DNA of 64,000 bases from the human T2T-CHM13v2.0 reference genome, Homo sapiens, in the NCBI RefSeq assembly GCF_009914755.1, contig NC_060947.1, one strand, 5' to 3'. Positions 39,399-53,620 of the stretch are shown here, in pieces. A program made the translations under genes and the position numbers. The notes below the pieces were generated by a model. That model ran no database searches. It was not told where the DNA came from and saw only the letters and a list, made by a program, of their open reading frames with translations. The first letter of the stretch is position 1. Each line of letters begins with the position of its first letter.

Positions 39399-42300
39399 CA
39401 CACTCTGTCATGATGAGTAAATTTTTTATTGTATTTTTAAATTCAGTTTGCTAATATTTTGTTGAGGGTTTTTCCATCTAGATTCATCAGGAACATTGGC
39501 TTGTAGTTTTCTCCATTTAAAGTATCTTTGTCTGATTGTGGTATCAGGGTAATACTGGCCTTGAAGCATGAGTTTGGGCGTATTCTCTATTCCTCTATCT
39601 TTTAGAAGAGTTTGAGTAGGATTGGCGTTAGTTTTTTAAATGTGTGCTAGAATTCAGCAGTGAAGCCATCAGGCCCCAGGCTTTACTTTATTGACAGACA
39701 TTTTCTTAAGGCTTTGACCTCATTGGTATTGGTCTGTTCAGGCTTGGAAGTTTTTCATAATTCACTCTTGAAAGGTTGTATGTGTTTAGGAAATTGTCAA
39801 TTTCTTCTAGATTTTCCTATTTGAATTTAGTTGCTCATAGTAGCCACTAATGATCCTTTAAATTTCTGTATTAACATGTGTCATATCTCCTTTTTTATCT
39901 CTGATTGTATTTATGTGGGTCTTCTCTCTTTTTTATAGTGTGGCTAAAGTTTTCTCTATTTTGTTTCATTTTAAAAAACAACTTTTTGTTTTATTTATCT
40001 TTGGTACTGTTTTCTTTATTTCAATTTCATTTATTTCTGCTCTGATGTGTATTATTTTTTATTACAGTAACTTTGGCTTTGGTTTGGTCTTGCTTCTCTA
40101 ATTCTTTAAGATGTATTGTTGAGTTGTTTATTTGAAGTTTTTTTTCTCCAGGCATTTGTAGCTATAAACTTTCTTCTTAGTAAAGCTTTTGTTTTATCCC
40201 ATAGGATTTGGCATGTTGTGCTTCCATTATCATTTGTTTCAAGAAAATTTTCAATTTTCTTCTTAATTGTTTTATTAACACACTGGCCATTCAGGAGCAT
40301 ATTGTATTTGTATAGTTTTCAAAATTCAAATTATTGATTTCTAATTTTATTCCATTGTGATCAGAAAAGATGCTTATTCAATTTTTATGAATGATTTAAG
40401 ACTTGCTTTGTGACCTAATGTATGATCTATCCTTGAGAATAATTCATTTACTGAGGAAAATAACGTGTTTTCTGCAGCTCTTGGCTGATATGTTTGGTAA
40501 ATATCTGTTAGATTAATTTTGTCTATAGCTCAGACTAAGTGTGATGTTTCTTTGTTGATTTTCTGTCTGGAAGACTTTTCTGAAGTTGAAAATGGGGTTT
40601 TGAAGTCTCCAGCTACTACTGTATTGGGACCTAACTCTCTCTTTAGCTCTACTAATATTTGCTTCATATATCTGGGTGCCCTAGTGTTGGGTACTTACAT
40701 ATTTACAGTTGTTATGCCATCTTGCTGAATTAGCCTGTTTATTACTATACAGTGACTTATTTGACTTTTATCATAGATTTTGTCTTGAAATCTATTTTGT
40801 GTGATGTAAATATGGCTACTCCTGCTCTTTTCTTGTTTTCATTGACATGGAATATCTTTTTTTAATCCCTTTATTTTCAGTCTGTGTCTTTCTTTATATG
40901 TAAAGTGTTTTTATTGCAGGCAACAGATCAACGGGCCTGGGTTTTAAATGCATTCAGCCTCTATGTCTTTTGATTGGAGAGTTTAATTTATTTACATTCA
41001 ATGTTATTATTGATAAGGAAGGACACACTTCTGCCAACTTACTACATGTTTTCTGGTTGTTTTGTGGTCTTCTCTTCCTTGTTTCTATTTTTATTGTCTT
41101 TTAGTGAGGGTGATTTTCTCTGGTGATATGATTTAGCTTCTTGATTTTTAACTTTTTGTATCCTTTGTGGGCTTTTTATATTTGAGATTACCATGGGGAT
41201 TGCAAATACTATCTTATAACATATTATTTTAAGCTGATAATCATTTAATACTGTTTCCATAAACAAACAAGCAAAAAGAAACTAATAAAGACTCTACACC
41301 GTAACTTTGTCCTCCTACTTTTTAACTTTTTATTGTAACTATTTATATCTTATTGAACTGTCTTAAAAGCTTGTTGTAGTTATTATTTTTGATTAGTTAA
41401 TTGTTTAGTCTTTCTACTTAAGATAAGAGTAGCTTACACACCACAGTTACAGTGCTATAATATGATGTGCTTTTCTGGATACTTACTATTAACACTGAGT
41501 TTTATACTTCAGATGATTTCTTATTGCTTATTAATGTCCTTTTCTTTCTAAATGAAGAATTCTCTTTAGCATTTCCTGTAGGACAGGTCTGGTATTGATG
41601 AAATCTCTCAGGTTTGGAGTCTTGGTGAGTCTTTATTTCTCCTTCATGTTTGAAATTTCACCAGATATAATGGTCTAATGTAGATTTGTTTTTCCTTCAG
41701 CACTTTAAATATGTCATGCCACTTTCTTCTCACCTGTACTGTTTCCACTGAAAAGTCTGTAGCCAAATATTTTAGAGCACGATTTTACTTTATTTGTTTC
41801 TTTTCTCTTGCTGCTTTTATACTCCTTTCTTTATTCTTGATCTTTGGAGGTTTTATTATTAAATGCCATGAGGTAGTCTTCTTTGGGTTAAATCTACCTG
41901 GTGTTCTATAACCATCTTGTACTTGAACGTTAATGTATTTCTCTAAGTTTGGGAACTTCTCTGTTATTATCTTTTTGAATAAACTTTCTACCCCAATCTC
42001 TTTCTCTACCTCTTTTTAAGGCCCGTTACTCTTAGGTTTGCCTTTTTGAGGCTATTTTCTCATTTTTATATTCATGCTTCATTGTTTTTTATTATTTTTT
42101 CTTTTGTCTCCTCTGTATTTTCAAATAGTCTGTCTTTGAGCTCACTGTTTCTTCTTATTGATTAATTCTGCTATTAGAAGATGCTGATGTATTCTTCAGT
42201 ATGCCAATTGCATTTTTCAGCTCCAGAATTTCAGCTTGATGCTTTATAGTTATTTGGATCTCTTTGTCAAATTTATCTGCTAGAATTCTGAATACCTTCT

Positions 42301-44433
42301 CTGTGTTATCTTGAATTTATTTGAGTTTCCCCAATACAGCCATTTTGAATTATCTGTCTGAATGGTTATATTTTTAAAAGATATCTCTTTAGGCTTGGTC
42401 CCTGGCAGCTTGTTTAGTTTATTTGGTAATGTCATGGGTTTGGTAATTCCTGAATGGTTTTGATACTTATTGATGTTCACCTGTGTCTGGGCATTAAGGA
42501 GTTATGTATTTATTTTAGTCTTTGCAGTCTGGGCTTGTTTGTACCCATTCGACTTAGGAGGACTTTCTAGATATTCAAAAAGACTTCTTTGTTGTAATCT
42601 ATGCTGTGTCTATTTTAGTAGGAACCATAAGACATGTATTACTGTGGTTCTTTCGGACTGATAGAGGTATAGCCTTGATGATCTTGGCTAATATCCAAAA
42701 GCATTTTCTGAATTATCAGATGGAGACTCTTGTTCTTTCTCTTACTTTCTTCCAAACAAATGGAGTCTCTTTCTCTCTGTTCTGAACCACCTAGAGCTGA
42801 GAATTGAGTGACACAAGCACCCTTGTGGCCACCATCCCTACGACTGCAGTGAATCACACCCAAAGTTAGCACAGCACTGAGTCTCCCCCAAGGCCTGCTG
42901 TAATCACTTTCTGGTTGTGACTATCTTCTCTCAAAGCCCTGGGACTCTAAAATCAGCAGATGGCAAAGCCAGCCAGGCCTTTGTACTTCTCTTCTTCATG
43001 GTGAGTTCCTCCAGTCCTCGTGTGGGTCCAGATATTCCATCCAGGAACCAGAAACTAGAGTCTGAAACCTTAGAAATTCACCTGCTGTTCTCTTGTACTG
43101 CTGCTGAGCTGGTACTAAAACCACAAGTTGCAGTCCTTTCCACTCTGGCCACTGCCACCTCAGGCACATGAGAAGTACTGCCAGACTACTGCTGATGTTT
43201 CCTTAAGGTGCAAGGGCTCTGTAGTCAGCATGAGGTGAATGCTTCTTGGTCTGAGACACCCTTCAGGGGAGTAGTTTCCCCTCTGGATCCAAGCATGTCC
43301 TGAAATGCTGTCCAAAAGCTAAGTCCTGGAATCATGGACCCCAAGAGCTTGCTTTGTGCTCTACTTCACTGTGACTGATCTGGAACATAAGGTGCAAGAC
43401 AAAGTCCCCTTTACTTTTTCTTTTGCTTTTCACTAGCAAAAAGGAGTCTTGCCCTGTAGTCACCACCAATGAGAAAGTCTTGAGTCTCACCTAAGGCTGG
43501 AAAGTCTTAGGGCCTCACCCAAGGCCTTTGACATAGTGCCTGGTTATTACTGCTTGTTATTCAGGGCCCAAGGTTTCTTCAGTCATCAGGTGATTAGTCC
43601 TGTTAGGACTCAGTCATTTCATTTGAGGCAGTGAGTTTCCTCCTGACCCAGAGTGTATCTAGAAATGTTCAGGAGCTAGGTCTTAAAAAGAAGTCCTCTC
43701 GAATCTGCCTGGTGCCCTGCTCTGCTGTGATTGTGCTGGTATCCAAGTGGAAGACAAAGTGCCCTGACTCTTTCCTTTTCTTTTCTCAGACAAAAGGAAG
43801 AGGTCTTTTTGGAACCATGAACTGTGAAGCCTGTGGTTGTGCACTGAATGACGTCAGCACTCCCTTATCTGCCCAGGCTGGTGTCTTAGTAGGTGGCATA
43901 TCTCCCCCGGTCCACTCTCTCTGGGCTCAGTTTAGCCCTAGGACTCGCTCAGAAGTTTCATTCCTTGTAGCCTAGACTGTGTTTTAGGGTCATTTGGAGT
44001 CCCAGAGCACTTTAACCTGCAGTGGGAAAGCTTGCCAGAATTTAAGTTTTGACTGCTGGAATCAGCAGTTCCCCTCATTTTAGGGCTGATTTCAATGCAC
44101 CTTCTGTGGGGCAGGCACAAGCTGAATTTGGTCCGGTTTTGCTTTCTGCTATAACAAGGGCAGCACTGAGTTCAGTGTCTCTCAATTGCCAGCTATCTTT
44201 CTCTCCAGGACACAGAAAAGCTCTCTGCACTATGATGCTGCTGCCAGGGTGTGCGGGAGTCATGTCTGTGATTCAACACTGTTTTTCCTACCAATTCAGT
44301 ACGTCTTTCTGGATAGGAAGTTAATTACAGGTAATGGAATTAACCCGATTTTTGGTTTTTATGAAGATGCTTTTTTGTGTAGGCAGTTGTTAAATTAGAG
44401 TCCCTGTTGGGGGCAAATTTTGTTGGAGTGTTC

Positions 44434-44589
44434 ATATATATATTATATATTATATATATTATATATATAATATATTATATATATAATTTATATATATTAT
44501 ATATATAAAATATTATATATATAATTTATATATATTATATATATAAAATATTATATATATAATTTATATATAATATATAATATATATAT
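44434..44589. repeat. Pure A/T repeat with a 38-bp higher-order period
   Basis: 156 bp with no G or C; 'aatttata' at 44485, 44523 and 44561. Confidence 0.93.
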
Positions 44590-44921
44590 GCGATTGTAAC
44601 TTGGCTGAGATATTATCTGATTGTATTTCTGAGTTCTGATTTGTATTTATCTGATGATCAAGGATGTTGAGCCCCTTTTCATGTATCTGTTTGCCATTTG
44701 TATCTTTTCTTTACTCTGATAATAGCTTTTTTGTTGTTGCTGTGCAGAAGTTCTTCAGTTTAATTAGATCCCTTTTGTCAGTTTTTGGTTTTGTTGCAAT
44801 TACTTTTGATGTTTTTGTCATGAAATCTTTGCCCATGCCTATATGCTGAATGATATTACCTAGATTTTCTTTAAGGGTTTTTATAGTTTTGGGTTTCACA
44901 TTCAGGTACTTAATCCTTCTT

Positions 44922-45094
44922 TAGGCCTTTGATAAAATTCAACATCCCTTTATGTTAAGAACTCTCAATAAACTAGGTATTGAAAGAATATATCTCAATA
45001 TAATAAGAGCTCTGTATGACAGACTGACAGCCAATATTATACTGAATGGACAAAAGCTTGAAGCATTTCTTTTGAAAACTAGCACAAGACAAGG
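44922..45094 (+). mobile_element. Inverted L1 ORF2 RT fragment inside the minus-strand L1
   Basis: 'ggcctttgataaaattcaacatccctttatg..aaaactagcacaagacaagg' ([10 protein letters not shown]...TRQG). Confidence 0.85.
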
Positions 45095-47055
45095 AAGGGG
45101 TCCAGTTTCAATTTTTTGCATATGACTAGCCAGTTCTCCCAGCACCATTTACTAAATAGGAAATCCTTTTTCCATTGCTTGTTTGGATAAGGTTTGTAAA
45201 AGATCAGATGGTTTTAGGTATGTGGTCTTATTTCTGAGTTCTCAACTATTCTGTTCCATTGGCCTGTGTGTCTCTTTTTGTACCAGTATCATGCCGTTTT
45301 GGTTACTGTAACCTTGTATTATGGTTTGAAGTCAGGTAGCATGATGCCTCTAGCTTTGTTATTTTTCCTAAGGATTGTCTTAGCTATTTGGGCTCTGTTT
45401 TTATTCCATGTGAATTTTTAAATAGTTTTTCTAATTCTATGAAGAATGTCAATGGTAGTTTAATTGGAATAACATTGAATCTATGAATTAGTTTGGGCAT
45501 CTTGGCAATTTTCACAATATTAATTTTTCCTCTCCATTAGCATAGGAAGTTTTTCCTTTTGTTTGTGTTCCTTCTGATTTCCTTGAGCAGTGGTTTGTGG
45601 TTATCCTTGAAGAGTTCCTTCACTTCCCTTGTTAGCTGTATTTCTAGGTATTTTATTCTTTTTGTGGCAATTGTGAATGAGAGTTCATTTATGATTTGGC
45701 TCTCTGCTTGTCTGTTGTTGGTGTATAGTAATGCTACTGATTTTTGCACATTGATTTTATATCCTGAGACACTGCTGAAGTAGCTTATCAGCTTAAAGAG
45801 CTTTTAGGCTGAGACAATGGGGTTTTCTAGATAGAGGATCATGTCATCTGCAAACAGAGACAGTCTGACTTCTTCTCTCCCTACTGGAATATGCTTTATT
45901 TCTTTCTCTTGCCTGATAGCCTGGTCAGAACTTCCAATACTATGATGAAAAGGAGTTGGTGAGAGAGGACATTATTGTCTTGTGACGGTTTTCAAGGGGA
46001 GTGCTTCCAGCTTTTGCCCATTCAGTATGATATTGGCTGTGGGTCTGTCAAATAGAGCTCTTATTATTTTGGGGTATATTCCTTCAACACCTAGTTCACG
46101 GAGAGTTTTTACCATGAAGGTATGTTGAATCTATCAAAGGCCTTTTCTGCTTCTATTGAGATAATGATTTGTTTTTTGTCTTTAGTTCTATATATGTGAT
46201 TAATTATATTTATTGATTTGTGTATGTTGAACCAACCTGGCATCCAAGATGAAGCTGACTTGATTGTGGTGGATAAGCTTTTTGATGTGCTGCTGCATTC
46301 AGCTTGCTAGTATTTAATTGAAGATTTTTGTATCAATGTTCTTCAAGGATATTGGCCTGAAGTTGTCTATTTTCATTGTACCTCTGACAGGTTTTGGTAT
46401 CAGAATGATCCTGGCCTCATAAAATGAGTTAGGTAGGAGTCTCTCCTCTTCAATTTTTTGGAATAATTTCAGTAGAAATTGTCCCAGCTCTTCTTTGTAC
46501 CTGTGGTAGAATTCAGCTTTAAATCTCTCTGGTCCTGGGCTTTTTTGGTTAGTAGGCTATTTATTACTTTCTCCATTTCAGAACTCGTTATTCATCTATT
46601 CGAGTATTCAATTTCTCCCTGCTTCAATCTTGGGAAGATGTACGTGTTCAGGAATTTATTGATGTCTTCTAAGTTTTATGTTTTATGTGCATAAATGTGT
46701 TTATAGTATTCTATGATGATTGTTTGTATTTCTGTGGGGTCAGTGGTGACATCTCCCTTATCACTTCTAATTGTATCTATTTGATCATTCTCTCTTTTTT
46801 TCTTTATTAGTCTGGCTAGCCGTCTGTTCATGTTGTTAATTTTTTTCCAAAAAATGCTTCTCAATTTTTAATTTATTTTGAAGGGATTTTCATATTTCTA
46901 TCTCTTCCAGTTCCATTCTGATCTTGGTTATTTTTTCTTTTCTTCTACCTATGGGATTTGTTTGGTCTTGGTTCTCTAGTTCTTTTAGTTGCAATGTTAG
47001 GTTGTTAATTTGAGATATTTCTAGATTTTTGATGTGGATATCCAGTGCTACAAAT

Positions 47056-47359
47056 TTTCTTCTTCTTCTTTTTTTTTCATACGTAGTTTCGCTCTTGTTG
47101 CCCAGGCTGGAGTCCAATGGCACAATCTCAGCTCACTGCAAGCTCCACCTCCTGGGTTCAGGCAATTCTTCTGCCTCAGCCTCCTGAGTAGCTGGGATTA
47201 CAGGCACGCACCACCATGCCCAGCTAATTTTGTATTTTTGGTAGAGACAAGGTTTCACCATGTTGGTCAGGCTGGTCTCGAACTCCTGATCTCAGGTGAT
47301 CTGCCTGCCCTGGCCTCCCAAAGTGCTGGGATTGCAGGTGTGAGCCTCCGTGCCTGGCC
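47056..47359 (-). mobile_element. AluS (Sq/Sx-like)
   Basis: Reverse Alu dimer; TSD a(c/t)aaattttct. Confidence 0.93.
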
Positions 47360-50339
47360 ATAAATTTTTCTCTTAACACTGCTTTAGCTACATCCCAAAG
47401 ATTCTGGTATGTTGCCTCTTTGTCCCCATTACTTTCAAAGAACTTCTTGCTTTCTGTCTTAATTTTATTGTTTACCCAGGAGTCACTCAGGAGCAGGTTG
47501 TTCAGTGTTCATGTAATTGTGTGGTTTTGAGTTAATTTCTTAGTTTTGAGTTCTAATTTGATTGTGCTGTGGTTTGAGAGACTTCCTTATGATTTCAGTT
47601 CTTTTGCATTTGCTGAGAAGTGTTTTACTTCGGATTATGAAATCAGTTTTAGAGTAAATCCCATGTGGTGATAAGAAGAATGTACGTTCTCTTGTTTTGG
47701 GGTGGTGAGTTCTGTAGATATCTATCAGGTCCACTTGATCCAGAGCTGTGTTTAGGTCTCGAATATCTTTTCTAATGTTCTGTCTCAATGGTCTGTGCAG
47801 TATTGTCAGTGGGGTATTAAAGTTTCCCACTATTATTGTGTGGGAGTCTAATTCTGCCTGTCTTCAGGAACTGGCCTTATGAATCTGGCTGCTCTTGTAT
47901 TGGGTGCATATATACTTAGGATAGTTAGATCTTCTTGCTGAATTGAATCCTTTACCATTATGTAATGCCTTTCTTTTTTTTTTTAACTTTGTTGGCTTAA
48001 AGTCTGTCTTGTCAACACAGGATTGGGACTCCTGCTTTTTTCTGTTTTCCACTTGCTTGGTAAATTTTCCTTCCTCCCTCTATTTTGATCCTATGTGTGT
48101 CTTTGCATGTGAGATGGGTCTTTTTAAGACACCATACCAATGGGTCTTGACGCTTCATCCAGCTTGCCATTCTGTGCCTTTTACTTGGGGCATTTAGTCC
48201 ATTTATATTTAAGATAAACATTGTTATATGTAAATTTGATCCTGTCATCATGATGCTAGCTGGTTATTTTGAAACTTAAGTGGTTGCTTCATAGTGTTAT
48301 TGGTCTGTATACTTCAGTGTATTGTTGCAGTGGCTGGTAACAGTTTTTGCTTTCCATATTAATGCTTCCTTCAGGAGCTCTTGCAAGGCAGGCCTGGTGG
48401 TGACAAATTCCCTCGGCATTTGCTTGTCTGAAAAGGCTGAGTTGACTGAACCACAGAGACATCAGCTGCCTCTCCCTCTGGAGGCTCCATTCCAGGGAGA
48501 GATCAGAGTTTTTCCATATAACCCTAGATGGATTTGCTGGAATTTCCACAGCAAGGCTCCATGCAGTGAGGAGGGATGGATCAGGGTCCCACTTAAAGAA
48601 GCAGTTTGGCCACGATTTGGCACAGCAGTTGTTCTGCGTTGTGGGGATTCTTCATCGTCTGGACAACCTGGAACCCCCAGAGCCAGAAGCTAGAAAAGCT
48701 GAGTTGAACTAACTACAGAAATGGTAGCTGCCCCTCCTCCTGGGAACTTGTCTGTCTCAAGCAGTCTCCAATCTGCTGCACTGGCCGACTGGAATTCCAA
48801 GCCAATGGGACTTAATTTATGAGGTGCCATGAAAGTTGGGCCCATAGAATGAAACCACTTGGCTCCCTGAGTTCAGCCCCCTTCCTAGGGGAGTCTATGG
48901 ATGGATCTCCCACCTTGTTGGGATTCCTGGAGCCACAGTCTGTAAAACCCCTGGGTATCTGTGTGAGCCTGAGTGATTGCTCTGACAAGACTCTGCACAG
49001 CTCTGTGTATAGGACCCAAGGCCCTGGTGGCATGGGATCATGAGGGAATCTCCTGATCATTTGGTTGCAAAGATCCATGGGAGAAGTGTGGTTTCGGCGA
49101 GGGGGAGGGGGTTGCCCAATCACTCACAGCAGCCCTTGACTGGGGGTGGTGGTTCCTTTGACTCTACACCACTTGTGGGTTGGCCATCACCCCACCCTGC
49201 TTTTCTTCATTTTCCATGGGTCGAGCCGTCTGTCTAGTCAGTCCCAATGAGAGAACCTGTATATTTTAGTTGAAGGTGCTGAATTCACTCACTATTTTCG
49301 TTCTTCTCCATGAAAGCCACGTAACATAATTGCTTCTAATCAGCCATCTTGGCCCCTCTCAGTAAAGCTACATTTCTAAGAAATCTCTTGTCCCTCAGAC
49401 AAAGAAATCAGCATGTCTTGCTGTCTATATTCAGCTACAGACAGATCCAATAAGTTTAAACATTATTTGGCCAAATCTAAATGATATTTCCCCTTATGGA
49501 AAAGGAGGTCCATAAAATGAGAGATTATTGTGAAGGTAAGCTGAAGAATTGGGGAGATATATTTTGATCTCTTAATTAAAACTATGCAATATAAATTCAA
49601 AACACTCATATTATTGGAATGGTTATTACAAAACTGGACAAGCTGTTAAGTTCAAGAGGTGAGAAAAGACAATTCCCCAAAAATGTGGTGACAAATAATC
49701 TTTGGATTGAGTCCTAAGCTTATTAAACTGTCAGTGTTGAATTATCAGTAAATCAAAAAGGATGTTAATGAGCATCTGTGCTTCAGCTTTCAATGCCATT
49801 TGGCAAACAGTAGCACAAAAAGAAAATGGTAATTAATAATAAAGGTGTGTTTATTAGTTTGTGCAATTGACAGAGGCTGTATATCTCTTCTACACAGTAT
49901 GTGTCCTTTATAAAACTGCCAAACAATGGATGAAAAACCTGTTCTCTTTTCCTTTAGGTTGGAGCTTCATGACCTTGAAGTGCTGCTAGAGGAAAACTAA
50001 TAAATGCAAAACATGAAAGCTTATTCTTTTTATTAAGAAACAAAACAAAGAGATATAAGGCAGTGAGCAAAATTTAGGTAACCCTAAATTCCTAGTTCCT
50101 TTAAGGGACTTCCATTAAGTATGCATTTCATAATACATTCTCTATACTATATCCTGTGATCTTTCTAAAAGCAAAGTTTGATCCCAACATTCCCCCATTG
50201 AAAATCCTTCAATGGGCTCTCAGAATGAGATCAACGTCGCCTAGTAGGTTCTATAAGTAAATTTATGGTCAAGCCCTTGTCCACTCTCTAAACTTTTCTC
50301 AGTCCACTATCCCCCATCCCCTCACAAGCTACACTCTGA

Positions 50340-51020
50340 TAACATATTGGTGAGGAGAAAGACACAGGAATGTTTATACACTTTTGGAATAAGTTTATAT
50401 AGTCATTCCAGTTTGTGAGCAATGTGGCAACCTGTAGTAAAGTAGAAAATGTTCATACTCTACAACACTGTCATTCCACTTCTGGATATACTGTTGACAG
50501 CTTTCATACACACACATCTATAAAGGTGCACTGATACTTTCATGACAATGTTGATTGCAATAGTGAAAAGTGAGACAAGAAAACAAAAAAAAATCCTCAT
50601 CAATAGGACAAGAAATAAATTGTGGTCTATGTACATAATGGAACAATACAGGAAATGATAATTAAAGTGGTAGTGGTATACTACATGTATACATGTCAAA
50701 AACTTTATTAGGAAATATTTAACTAAATGATAAGTATAATATACAATTTATGTGAAGTGTTTAAATGAATAAAAAATATTATATATTGTTTATGGGCACA
50801 TACATATATGCCAATACCTAAAAAAGAAGGACATGAAACAACTTTAAGAGAAACATGGGAGGAAAATGACATCAGAGAAGATTACAAAGATACTGCATTT
50901 TTACCTATAATATTTTATTTCATATACATTTAATATATGTATTATATATAATACACCGGCTTTTGTGTTTTTCATTTTGTGACAGTTTTTGTATGTGCAA
51001 ATAATGATTCTTAATAAAAG
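50340..51020 (+). mobile_element. L1ME-like 3' region
   Basis: 'cattccacttctggata', 'aataaattgtggtctatgtacataatggaacaatac'. Confidence 0.65.
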
Positions 51021-51122
51021 TTTTCAAACAAAGTAAACTACAAAAAACAATAGATTGAACACCTGTGTACTCACCACTTGGATTTTAAAAATAAATACAT
51101 ATATATATATATATATATATAA

Positions 51123-51509
51123 AATGCTTGCTTTTGTTGAAACTTAATAATCAATGTGAGAGTATTAAGAGGTAGAAACCTTAGAAGGTGATTAAATTAT
51201 GAGGACAGAGACCTCATAGATGGAATTAGGGCCCTTATAAAAGGACTGGAGGGTACTACCATTAGCCCTTTCTTTGATTTCTGTCCCTTTTGCCATGTGA
51301 GGACATAATGGTTATCCCTTCAGAAGGACACAGCAACAAGACACTATCTTTGAAGAAGAAACCAGGCCTTCACCAGACACTGAAACTGCCAGAAACTTGA
51401 TCTTGGACTTTCAGCACCCAGAAGTGAGAACTGTGAGAAACAAACGTATATTCTTTATCAATTACCCAGTCTCAGGTATTTTGTTATAGTAGTACCAACG
51501 GACTCAATA
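51123..51509 (+). mobile_element. MaLR LTR (MST/MLT1A-like) flanked by (TA)n on both sides
   Basis: 'gttgaaacttaat..gccatgtgaggaca..ttgatcttggactt..aattacccagtctcaggtattttgttatag..ggactcaata'. Confidence 0.85.
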
Positions 51510-51666
51510 TTCTTACGAATATATATATATATATACATAAAAATTTATATATACATATATCCTTAAGAAAATAAGCAAAATGTTAACTTTTACTAAATCT
51601 GGGAGGTGAATATACAGCTTTTCAATCTATGATATTTGTGGTTTAGTTTGTTTAACACTTTTTATT

Positions 51667-51823
51667 AGCCAGGCACTGTGGCTTTCACCTATAATCCCAG
51701 ATCCTCAGGAGGCTGAGGCAGGAGGATCATTTGAGGCCAGGAATTCAAGGCTGCAGTGAGCTATGATTGCACCATGGCACTCCAGCCTGGGTGGCAGAGA
51801 AAGACCCCATATCTTTAAAAAAA
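51667..51823 (+). mobile_element. Free Alu monomer (FRAM/FAM-like)
   Basis: Single arm 'ggaggctgaggcaggaggatcatttgaggccaggaattcaaggctgcagtgagctatgat' with a short A tail. Confidence 0.88.
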
Positions 51824-52193
51824 GTTGTCACCATCATTTTACACATAAAAAATTGGCACAATATAAAAATACACAAATAAAAGCTAAGCCATATAATAGA
51901 TGGAGCATAATAGGGAGGTGCTGTGTTGACTTTCTCCTCAGTCTTCTATCTTTTTTCTTCTTTCCTTTCAGGGTTATAACTGATAAAAGGAAGTATGTCT
52001 TTTCATGGGCTTTTATACAATGGGATTTCCTGAATGATGGAGTATGTTCTGAAGCTGTAGCCGTGCAATATGAAGCTAGATAGGGTGTGAACGTAGATAT
52101 CTAGGTGAGTTGTAGTTGTAGTTTACTCGATTAAATGTGGCTGTTAGGTAATATAATTACCACCGGTTGCATTTTTTCCACAAAGACACTTAT

Positions 52194-52659
<466 letters not shown>

Positions 52660-53620
52660 TTAGTTGCTTACATTGCAATGGAGTGTAAGTTAGTACAAAC
52701 AGTGTGGAAAAGCACTAGGTATTACCTGGTAAAGTAGTACCTGTGCTTAATACATGACCCAGAAATTACACTTCTATTATATACTCTAGAGAAACTATTT
52801 GAAATATGCACCAAGATACATATTCATAAAGCTGTTGTAATAGCTAAAAAACTGTCAAAGAAACAAACTCGAGAGAATGAATAAATTGTAGTTGTCACAT
52901 GTCTAGTCTGTTTTTGCTGCTCAACAAAATACCTGTCTGGATTATATATAAAGAACAGATTTATTTTCTCACCATTCTGGAGAATGGAATGTCCAGGATC
53001 AAGGTGCCCAGAAAGTTTGGTTGTCTGGTAGGGGCTGCTCTCTGCTTCTGGGATGGTGGCTTGCTGCTACATGCTCCTGAGGAGAAGAGTGCTAGGTTCT
53101 CACATGACAGAAGGTGGATGGGCAAAAGGGATGAATTCCCTCAGCCAAGCCCTTTTATATGGGCATCTAATCTCATACAGGAGGGCTCCACTTTCATGAC
53201 TTATTCACATCTTGAAGGTTCTGTCTCTTTATGCTGTTACACTGGCAGTTAAGTTTCAACATGAAATTTGGAGGGGACAAAACATTCAAATCACAGTATC
53301 ACAGAATAGAATTCTATACAGTAAAGAAAATTAATGAATCAGTGCCACAAGGAATCATGGAAGAATAGATAAATAATGATTCTGCCTATATATAGGCTAA
53401 GAAAAATCTATATATAAATTAAGAGAAACACATGCCTATGATAAAACTGAATAAAATCGTTGGAATACATAATTCAGGATATTAGTGTTTTTTATGGGAA
53501 GAAGGAAAAACTATTAGGCAGCAGCATAGAGGGAACTATGAAGAAACTGTTAATATTTTATTGTATAGGATTGGTGGTGGGTTAGGTATGTTTATTTTTA
53601 AAAATATACATGTAAATGCT
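52660..53620 (+). mobile_element. L1ME-like 3' region interrupted by a MaLR LTR
   Basis: 'catgacccagaaattacacttct', 'gaatgaataaattgtag' ... 'gaatagaattctatacag'. Confidence 0.6.
52900..53298 (-). mobile_element. MaLR solo LTR (MST-like)
   Basis: 'tgtctagtctg..gtccaggatcaaggtgcc..aagtttcaacatgaaatttggaggggacaaaacattcaaatcacagta'; perfect TSD TCACA (52895-52899, 53299-53303). Confidence 0.88.

Larger units (their letters stand above)
44590..49360 (-). mobile_element. L1PA13-16-like element: 5'UTR present, most of ORF1 deleted, 3' end missing
   Basis: 5' terminus 'cagccatcttggcccctctc'; ORF2 start 'MTGSNLHITMFILNINGLNAP'; jump from ORF1 3' part to 5'UTR at about 48436. Confidence 0.85.

Noticed and set aside
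49940-50005. Plus-strand acceptor followed by AATAAA (tiny terminal exon)
   Set aside because: Both motifs are frequent in AT-rich DNA and there is no supporting context.
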